Source of the DNA: an uncultured Deinococcales bacterium
GTDB taxonomy: Bacteria; Deinococcota; Deinococci; Deinococcales; JAAFIG01
Direction of reading: 5' to 3'
Assembly (NCBI GenBank): GCA_964247135.1
Contig: CAXTTL010000125.1
Coordinates: forward strand, 1 to 14,130
Length of the DNA stretch: 14,130 nucleotides
The position numbers were made by a program, and so were the translations under genes. The notes under the pieces were generated by a model that did not search any database, had not been told where the DNA came from, and saw only the letters and a list, made by a program, of their open reading frames with translations. Below are positions 6,550 to 14,130 of the stretch, in pieces. Numbering within the stretch: position 1 is the stretch's first letter; each line of letters begins with the position of its first letter.

Positions 6550-7449
6550 GTGAATTCTTCCACTCCCGAAATCCACGGCGATGGTTTTAAACCACATCCG
6601 GCGCTCGAGCCGTACTCGAGAAATCTTGACGGCGCGTTCTATTTTGATTCAGAACCCTTTTCAACCAAGCCAATCGTGGTACTTGTTCATGGCAACGGCG
6701 ACGAAGCCGATACTTGGCGTCACGTCTTTACACCGCTTGCCAAATCATTTCGGGTTGTGGCGCTCGATTTACCTGGTTTTGGACGTTCACTTCCAGCCAA
6801 GACCGGCGATTTGAACAGTCTCACCGCAGCCCTCTGGAGTTTTATAGATGACTTAAAACTTCCAAGTGTGCATTTGGTTGGCTCAAGCATGGGCGCGGTC
6901 ATTTGCGCAAGCTATGCGATTCAAAATCCAACTCGAGTGGCAAGTTTGACAATGGTTGGCGGCGCAACTTTAAATTCTGGCGAACTCGAAGCCAATCCTG
7001 GCATCAAAAGTTTGCTCGAGCTTGGAACGGGCGAGGCTTATTACAATGGTTTGCGCACCTTGGGACAAGATGCGGCGTTCGCAACGCTCGAGCCGTATTA
7101 CGCCAACCTTCAAACGATGTCAAAATCTGATCTCGGATTTTTGCGCGAACGTGTTTGGGCGAGGGTTTGGTCTGACACGCAACGAGACGCCTTCCTCGCC
7201 GCTTTGAGAAGTCTGTTCAAGCAAAGTCCAGCAACGACTTCTGAACTCGAGCATCTGCCGTTGCAATTGATTTGGGGAGCACATGACCAGATTGTTCCAT
7301 TTCAAGCCGCTTTGGACATGCAAAAAGCGTTGCCACAAGCCAAACTCGAGGTGATTGACGGGGCGGGTCATCTTCCGCACCAAGAAAAACCAGCAGCATT
7401 TCTAGAAGTGCTCAAGATGTTTTTGTACCATCTCGAGGCAAAATCATGA
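6550..7449 (+). CDS. Alpha/beta fold hydrolase (Abhydrolase_1/6)
   Basis: VLVHGNG oxyanion loop, ALDLPGFGRS, nucleophile elbow GSSMG, acid residue in WGAHDQIVP, catalytic His in GAGHLPHQE. Confidence 0.93.
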   Translation: MNSSTPEIHGDGFKPHPALEPYSRNLDGAFYFDSEPFSTKPIVVLVHGNGDEADTWRHVFTPLAKSFRVVALDLPGFGRSLPAKTGDLNSLTAALWSFIDDLKLPSVHLVGSSMGAVICASYAIQNPTRVASLTMVGGATLNSGELEANPGIKSLLELGTGEAYYNGLRTLGQDAAFATLEPYYANLQTMSKSDLGFLRERVWARVWSDTQRDAFLAALRSLFKQSPATTSELEHLPLQLIWGAHDQIVPFQAALDMQKALPQAKLEVIDGAGHLPHQEKPAAFLEVLKMFLYHLEAKS

Positions 7450-8288
7450 TCTTGGGTTTGGATTTTGGTTTGACCAACCTGGACGCCGTGCTGGTTGAAG
7501 CTGGGCAGATCGTGCAAGGCTGGCGGCAAGATACCCACGGCATTGCCAATTTGGAATTAATCGAACAGATTGTGATTGATCACGACATCAAACTTGGGCA
7601 CTTGACTTGTATCGGCACCACGGGCGGCAGGCACAAAGAACTGTCCTCGGGTTTTAAAGGGATTCCCATTTTCAAAATAGGCGAAGCGCAAGCGGTCGGT
7701 CACGGCGGTTTGCAGATGGCAAAACTCGAGCAGGCGCTGGTGGTCAGTGCGGGTACGGGCACGAGCATGATTGCCGCTCGAGGCTCAATCTTTGGGCATG
7801 TCACGGGCAGTGCGGTGGGTGGCGGAACGCTCTTGGGTTTGGCAAAATTGCTGCTCGCAACAGCCAACCCGCTCGAGATTGCCGCATTGGCAGCCAAAGG
7901 CAATCCTGCTGGGGTTGACAGCACCCTTTTGGATGTTCTGGGTTCTGGCATCGGTCATCTGCCCAGCGATGCCACCGCCGTCAACTTCGGACGCCTCGTG
8001 GCACTCGAGCAACCTGCAACCCGTGAGGACATGGCGGCGGGTTTGGTGACATTGGTTTCGCAAGTGATCGCGGTGATTGCCCTAAACGCGGCAAATGCAC
8101 AGAACCTCGAGCGCATCGTGATCGTCGGACATCTGGTGGACCTCGAACCGATTCGTGCCGCCATCCAGCGGGTATGGGGTTTTTATGGGGTGCAACAGCC
8201 AGCAATCATGCCCGCAGCACGAGGTTTTGCCACCGCCTTGGGCGCGGCACTCGAGGCAGAAATTGAACATGGAAAAAGCCGCGAGTGA
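7446..8288 (+). CDS. coaW: Type II (Fumble/CoaW-like) pantothenate kinase
   Basis: ASKHA motifs GLDFGLT, TTGG, GEAQA, VSAGTGTSM, GSAVGGGTLLGLAKLL, GNPAGVD, ATAVNFG and EDMAAGL correspond to S. aureus-type PanK-II. The start overlaps the upstream stop (ATGA). Confidence 0.85.
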   Translation: MILGLDFGLTNLDAVLVEAGQIVQGWRQDTHGIANLELIEQIVIDHDIKLGHLTCIGTTGGRHKELSSGFKGIPIFKIGEAQAVGHGGLQMAKLEQALVVSAGTGTSMIAARGSIFGHVTGSAVGGGTLLGLAKLLLATANPLEIAALAAKGNPAGVDSTLLDVLGSGIGHLPSDATAVNFGRLVALEQPATREDMAAGLVTLVSQVIAVIALNAANAQNLERIVIVGHLVDLEPIRAAIQRVWGFYGVQQPAIMPAARGFATALGAALEAEIEHGKSRE

Positions 8289-8301
8289 ATCTTCGCGGCT
8301 T
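8273..8301 (-). terminator. Terminator of the ABC operon, overlapping the 3' end of the kinase gene (possibly bidirectional)
   Basis: Inverted repeat AAGCCGCGA-N8-TCGCGGCTT, running into a T5 tract on the - strand; lies between convergent genes. Confidence 0.75.
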
Positions 8302-8321
8302 GAAAACCCGAGTTTTAAGAC

Positions 8322-9335
8322 TTAAAGCACATCGTCACGAATACAGGCTTTGAAATGCCCTGGCGCGACCTCTTTTAATTCTGGCACGGTATGCTCGCAT
8401 TCGGCAATCTTGTAACGGCAACGCGTGCGGAACACGCAACCGCTCGGCGGGTTGATTGGACTTGGAATATCACCTTCAAGCAAGATTCGCTCGCGTTTAA
8501 TGGTCGGGTCTGGAATCGGCGCAGCCGACAATAGCGCCTCGGTGTACGGATGCTTGGGGTTGAGGTAGAGTTCTTTGGCTGGCGCAACCTCCATGATCTT
8601 GCCCAAATACATCACCACAACGCGGTCGCAAATGTATTCGACCACCGCCAAATCGTGCGCGATAAACAGCAGCGTCAAACCAAGATCGCGTTGCAAATCC
8701 TCGAGAAGATTAACGACTTGGGCTTGAATCGAAACGTCGAGCGCCGACACGGGTTCGTCTGCCACGATAAATTCTGGCTTGACCGCCAATGCCCTGGCAA
8801 TACCGATGCGTTGACGTTGACCGCCCGAAAACTCGTGCGGGTAACGGCGCATGTGATCCGGCGACAAACCGACTTGACGCAGCAACTCGGCGACCCGATC
8901 CACTCGAGCCTGCCCTTTGGCGAGGTTGTGAATTTGGAGTGCCTCGCCGATGATGTCACCCACGGTCATGCGCGGGTTGAGCGACGCAAAAGGGTCTTGG
9001 AAAATGATTTGCATTTTCTTGCGGTACTCGCGCATGTCGTTTTTGGAAAGCTTAACGACATCCTGTCCGTCAAACTTGACCTCGCCCGAAGTGGGTTCGA
9101 TCAGCCGCAAGATGGCGCGTCCAGCCGTGGTCTTGCCCGAGCCTGACTCACCGACCAAGCCGAGCACCTCGCCGCGATGAATCTTAAACGAAACATCGTT
9201 GACGGCTTTGACGTTCGCCACCACCCGAGACAACAAACCGCCGCGAATGGGGAAGAACTTCACCAGATTGTTGACCTCGAGCAAAACGTCTTGTTTGACT
9301 TGTTGCTCGGTTTTTTGGGGACTGGGTGCGGTCAC
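8322..9335 (-). CDS. oppF: Oligopeptide/dipeptide ABC transporter ATP-binding subunit (OppF/DppF type)
   Basis: [27 protein letters not shown] and a C-terminal oligo_HPY domain with Cys cluster. GTG start at 9335 follows GAAGGAG. Confidence 0.95.
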   Translation of the reverse strand: MTAPSPQKTEQQVKQDVLLEVNNLVKFFPIRGGLLSRVVANVKAVNDVSFKIHRGEVLGLVGESGSGKTTAGRAILRLIEPTSGEVKFDGQDVVKLSKNDMREYRKKMQIIFQDPFASLNPRMTVGDIIGEALQIHNLAKGQARVDRVAELLRQVGLSPDHMRRYPHEFSGGQRQRIGIARALAVKPEFIVADEPVSALDVSIQAQVVNLLEDLQRDLGLTLLFIAHDLAVVEYICDRVVVMYLGKIMEVAPAKELYLNPKHPYTEALLSAAPIPDPTIKRERILLEGDIPSPINPPSGCVFRTRCRYKIAECEHTVPELKEVAPGHFKACIRDDVL

Positions 9336-9337
9336 GC

Positions 9338-10342
<1,005 letters not shown>

Positions 10343-10381
10343 GTTCTGCCCCCATAAATTTAATACCATGGTTCCTCGAGT

Positions 10382-11524
10382 TTACTGACGTTTGCGTGGA
10401 TCAACCGCGTCGCGCAAACCATCGCCCAGGAAGTTCCAACATAATACTGCCAAGACAATAAAGAAACCAGGAATCAGCACCCAAGGGCGGTATTGAATGC
10501 TGGCAAAGCCGCCTTCCTGGGCAACACTGATCATCAAGCCCCAACTCGAGTATGGTTCTCGAATGCCGTAACCCAAGAAACTCAGTCCAGATTCGGCAAG
10601 AATTGCACCTGGAATGGCAAGCGACAGATTGACAATCAACAATGAAAAAGTGACTGGCAACATGTGCTTACCAATGATCCGAGCTTCGGAGGCGCCCAAA
10701 GCGGTCGCTGCCTGCACAAAATCAACCTCACGCAATGCAGAAATCTGTGAGCGAACAGTTCTTGCCAAACCACCCCAACCGATAATGCCAAGTACAAAAA
10801 TAATCCCGTAAAAGCTGACAACAGGATCAATATTTCTTGGAATCAGCGCGGAAAGCGACAGCAATAAGAACAAATCTGGAATGGCTGAAAGGATTTCGAC
10901 AAAACGCATGATGATGTTGTCAACCCAACCACCAAAAAACCCTGCCAAACCACCCATAAATAAACCCAATACCGTTGAAATGGCAACAGCAAAAATACCA
11001 ATGGTCAATGAAATTTGCGCACCATACCAAATTCGGGTAAAGGTATCACGACCAAAGCCATCTGTGCCCAAAATAAAAATATTGCCAGGCGAATCGACAC
11101 CAAACAAATGCACCGTCATGGGAATAAAACCAAACAACTGATACGGCGATTCTGGTCGGTTGTGAAACAATTTAATCGGGTATTTAACACTGCGGTCTTC
11201 TTTATACCCCTCTTCAAAGGTATCGGGATTGGTAAAACGCGTGGATTTGTAAACAAAAGGCAAGTTGAACTGCCCAGTTTCAGGGTCAATCACATACACT
11301 CGAGTGGGTTGCTGGAATTTGGTGATGTCCGTGGTGCTGTACTCGGACAGGCTGTACGGTGAAATAAAGGGGGCAAAAATCGCACCAATATACAAGACCA
11401 CCAAAATCATGCCGCCAAACACTGCCAATTGGTGCTTGCGAAATTGCTCCCAAACCACCTGCAATTGGGATTTGGACTTGGCGGTATCGAAATTTGTACC
11501 TGAAACTCCAGTTGCGAGTGCCAT
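10382..11524 (-). CDS. oppC: Peptide ABC transporter permease (OppC/DppC type)
   Basis: OppC_N-like WEQFRKHQLAVFG, LGTDGFGRD, EAA-loop DFVQAATALGAS and GDGLRDAVDP. The ATG at 11524 abuts the oppB stop. Confidence 0.94.
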   Translation of the reverse strand: MALATGVSGTNFDTAKSKSQLQVVWEQFRKHQLAVFGGMILVVLYIGAIFAPFISPYSLSEYSTTDITKFQQPTRVYVIDPETGQFNLPFVYKSTRFTNPDTFEEGYKEDRSVKYPIKLFHNRPESPYQLFGFIPMTVHLFGVDSPGNIFILGTDGFGRDTFTRIWYGAQISLTIGIFAVAISTVLGLFMGGLAGFFGGWVDNIIMRFVEILSAIPDLFLLLSLSALIPRNIDPVVSFYGIIFVLGIIGWGGLARTVRSQISALREVDFVQAATALGASEARIIGKHMLPVTFSLLIVNLSLAIPGAILAESGLSFLGYGIREPYSSWGLMISVAQEGGFASIQYRPWVLIPGFFIVLAVLCWNFLGDGLRDAVDPRKRQ

Positions 11525-11525
11525 A

Positions 11526-12509
11526 TCAGTAGTACCTAATCCGTGGATCAACCACACCGAGCAAGAAGTCGGACATTAAATTGCCAATCACCAACAACAC
11601 CAAGGTAATCGCACCAATGCTGACATTGACGTAAATATCTTGCGAGAACAGAGCCTCGAGAAAGACTGGGGTTAAACCGGGCCAGTTGAAAACCACCTCG
11701 ACAAAACCTGCACCGCTAAAAATTGCGGGCAGCAAACCGCCAATATTGGCAACAAAAGGCGTGATTGCGTTGCGCAGCGTGTGCTTGTAAATCACCACGC
11801 GTTGCGAAAGACCTTTCGCCCTGGCGGTACGAACAAAATCTTGATTGAGAAATTCGAGCATCTGCGCCCTGAAACCTCGAGATTCGGAGGCGATGCTTCG
11901 CAGCAACAGCGCAATCATGGGGGCAAGCGTATGCCATAAAACATTGGCAACTTTGCCAAGCGGTGAAAGTGAATCGTAAAATTCGCTGGTCATGCCACCA
12001 ACAGGAAGAACTTTAGCGTTTAATGCCCAATTGAGTTGAATGATACCAAAAATGAGGATTAAAGCGAAGAAAAACGATGGAAAACCTAAAAAAAAGTACG
12101 AAAATAAACTTATCGTTTTATCACCCAAGCTGTATTGCCTTATAGCGCCATAAATACCAATCGGAATTGCAATCAAGTACAACAAAAAAGTTGATCCAAA
12201 AACCAAAATCATGGAGTTAAAAACTTTAGGTCCAATCAAATCCCAAACGGGAACATTGCTTTCAAAAGAAACACCTAAATTTCCGGTCACAAAATTTTTA
12301 AGCCACAAAACATATTGCACATAAACTGGCTTATCCAAACCAAACTGCCGCTCAATCCGTGCAATGGTTGCAGGCGTAGTTCGTGGATCGAGCCGTTTTG
12401 CATCCAAGAAATCACCTGGTGCGGCTTGAATGATTAAAAACGTTAGTAATGTTGCCCCAATAAAGACTGGGATCAAATTAACAAAACGCCTTAAAATGTA
12501 GGGAAGCAC
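11526..12509 (-). CDS. oppB: Peptide ABC transporter permease (OppB/DppB type)
   Basis: YILRRF, PGD, FGLDKP...QY, DFVRTARAKGL, HTLRNA, EVVFNWPG and DPRIR. GTG start follows GAGGAG. Confidence 0.95.
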   Translation of the reverse strand: MLPYILRRFVNLIPVFIGATLLTFLIIQAAPGDFLDAKRLDPRTTPATIARIERQFGLDKPVYVQYVLWLKNFVTGNLGVSFESNVPVWDLIGPKVFNSMILVFGSTFLLYLIAIPIGIYGAIRQYSLGDKTISLFSYFFLGFPSFFFALILIFGIIQLNWALNAKVLPVGGMTSEFYDSLSPLGKVANVLWHTLAPMIALLLRSIASESRGFRAQMLEFLNQDFVRTARAKGLSQRVVIYKHTLRNAITPFVANIGGLLPAIFSGAGFVEVVFNWPGLTPVFLEALFSQDIYVNVSIGAITLVLLVIGNLMSDFLLGVVDPRIRYY

Positions 12510-12528
12510 AAATGTCTCCTCAATCTTG

Positions 12529-12559
12529 GCGAAACTCGAGCGACTTGCTCAAGTTTCGC
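12529..12559 (-). promoter_or_regulatory. Intergenic stem-loop between the binding-protein and permease genes (mRNA stabiliser or attenuator)
   Basis: On the - strand, GCGAAACTTGAGC-AAGTC-GCTCGAGTTTCGC forms a 13-bp stem with one G-U pair and no U-tract. Confidence 0.65.
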
Positions 12560-12595
12560 ACTTTTATTCGTGATGTTCAAGGTTGCTTTTGAAGC

Positions 12596-14130
12596 TTATT
12601 TTTGCATCCAAGTGGTTTCGGCAGTCACAAGACGTGGACCATTGATTGATGTTTGCAATGCCGTTGGCAATTCGCCTTTGACATTTGATCCCCATGAGAA
12701 GTGAACGTTTGGCGATACGAGATAATCCCAAGCTTGGTAGCCAGATTGCACATTTTGAATTTGTTGGGCAATCGCTACACGCTTTTTGAAGTCGAGTTCT
12801 TGTTTGCCACGGGCGAACAAAGCTGTGACTTGGGTTTCCCAAGCTGCCAAGCATTTACCTGACTTATTGAATGCGTGCAAGTTTGTACCGCAAGGTTCGA
12901 CGTTATCACCCAATGGGTAAATGCGTCCACCACCGGAAAGTCCAAGCAAAATCGCATCAAACTTACGATCATCACCATCAGAAAGTAGCAATTGAACAAG
13001 TGTATTGAAATCAACCGGTTTGAAGTTGACTTTGACGCCGACTTTTTTGGCTTCGTCAGCAAAAATCTTTGCCAATTGTTCGCGTTGGTTGTTACCACTG
13101 TTGGTGGTCAAGTCAAATTCGGCAACTTTACCCGCTTTGTTGACCAAATAACCGTCACTGTTCTTTTTGACAAAACCAGCCTTAGCAAGCAATGCCGTTG
13201 CAGCCTCGAGGTTGTAATCAAACTTTTTCAGGTCTGGCGAAATCCATTGTGTGAATGCCGCATAGACACTCGAGTAAGCTGGTTGTCCCAAGCCACCATA
13301 AACAATGTCCACCATTGCAGCACGGTTTGTGATGTGGCTCATGGCACGGCGGAAGTTGTCGTCTCGGAACATGGTTTGCTTGCTTGGATTGCTCTTTTGA
13401 TTCCAGTTAAAAACAATCCACTGGCTCGAGGAGGCTGGTCCAACGTTTGCACGCAAAGTGGCTTTCAACTTGCCAGCATCGATTGCCGCTTTCACTTGAC
13501 GCAGTTGGTCAGCGTTTGCGGGTGAGAAAGAATCTGTATCGCCGTTCAGATATGCAGCCAATTGAGCCGTTGTATCTTTGACAATCGCAATGGTGCGTCC
13601 ATCAAGATAAGGCAAGCCGTTTCCAGCCGAGTTTTTGTTCCATTCGCCGAAAAACTTGTTGGCAACAAATTCTGCACGTTCACCCGGTTTGTAGCTTTTA
13701 AACTTAAACGCACCATCAGAAACAATTTGTTCGGCAGGGGTGTTCATTGTCCACATGGCTTTGATGCCTGCTGCACCTTTTGCGGCATAAACTGGTTCAA
13801 AAACATGCGTCGGTGCGGGAGAAAATGCCAGGGTTTCGATGGCATCTGCGGCAACTGTTGGCAAAATAGCTTGAATGGTATCCGCATCAATTTTTTTGAT
13901 TTTGATTGGCTTATCATTAATGAAAAAACTATCGTAAGCGTTCGCACCAACATCTTCGTCGGTATTAATCTTAAATGCAGTAATAAAATCGTCAGCAATG
14001 ATTGGCTTACCATCAGACCACTTCATGCCTTTACGCACGTTCATAGTCCAAACAAGTTTATCTTTAGAAACGGTATAACTCGAAGCCATATAAGGAATGT
14101 ATTCGCCGGTCGCGGGATCATAGGCAAACA
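12596..14130 (-). CDS. oppA: ABC transporter substrate-binding protein, family 5 (OppA/DppA/AppA-like), 5' end outside the window
   Basis: Family-5 motifs RKGMKWSDGKPIIADD, GAFKFKSY, PYLD, FRDDNFRRAMS and YNLEAATALLAKAG. The frame stays open upstream of Met 14089 (FAYDPATGEYIPYMA) to the window edge. Confidence 0.93.
   Translation of the reverse strand, partial: FAYDPATGEYIPYMASSYTVSKDKLVWTMNVRKGMKWSDGKPIIADDFITAFKINTDEDVGANAYDSFFINDKPIKIKKIDADTIQAILPTVAADAIETLAFSPAPTHVFEPVYAAKGAAGIKAMWTMNTPAEQIVSDGAFKFKSYKPGERAEFVANKFFGEWNKNSAGNGLPYLDGRTIAIVKDTTAQLAAYLNGDTDSFSPANADQLRQVKAAIDAGKLKATLRANVGPASSSQWIVFNWNQKSNPSKQTMFRDDNFRRAMSHITNRAAMVDIVYGGLGQPAYSSVYAAFTQWISPDLKKFDYNLEAATALLAKAGFVKKNSDGYLVNKAGKVAEFDLTTNSGNNQREQLAKIFADEAKKVGVKVNFKPVDFNTLVQLLLSDGDDRKFDAILLGLSGGGRIYPLGDNVEPCGTNLHAFNKSGKCLAAWETQVTALFARGKQELDFKKRVAIAQQIQNVQSGYQAWDYLVSPNVHFSWGSNVKGELPTALQTSINGPRLVTAETTWMQK

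Noticed and set aside
2391-8288. Single biosynthetic gene cluster (desaturase, HD hydrolase, OMP, hydrolase, PanK)
   Set aside because: Internal terminators and individual promoters separate the genes, and there is no ACP, ligase, PKS or NRPS gene.

Overview
Bacterial chromosomal window, about 50% GC, with housekeeping-type genes. A Deinococcota-like origin is inferred from the leaderless TANNNT promoters, the PASTA protein and the outer-membrane barrel; it is not proven. Left to right: a partial RecQ-family helicase (- strand, missed by the ORF track), a 148-aa hypothetical protein, a soluble acyl-ACP desaturase-family diiron protein, a stand-alone RelA/SpoT/Mesh1-type HD hydrolase, a small outer-membrane beta-barrel, a PrkC-like PASTA membrane protein with a degenerate kinase-like N-terminus, an alpha/beta hydrolase translationally coupled to a type II pantothenate kinase, and a convergent Opp/Dpp-type ABC operon (A partial, B, C, D, F). 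The strongest unexplained signal is the palindrome CTCGAG: about 67 copies by manual count against about 3-4 expected. It occurs in all three codon phases and inside two intergenic hairpins, which suggests a HIP-like highly iterated palindrome. No mobile element, CRISPR array, tRNA or rRNA was seen.
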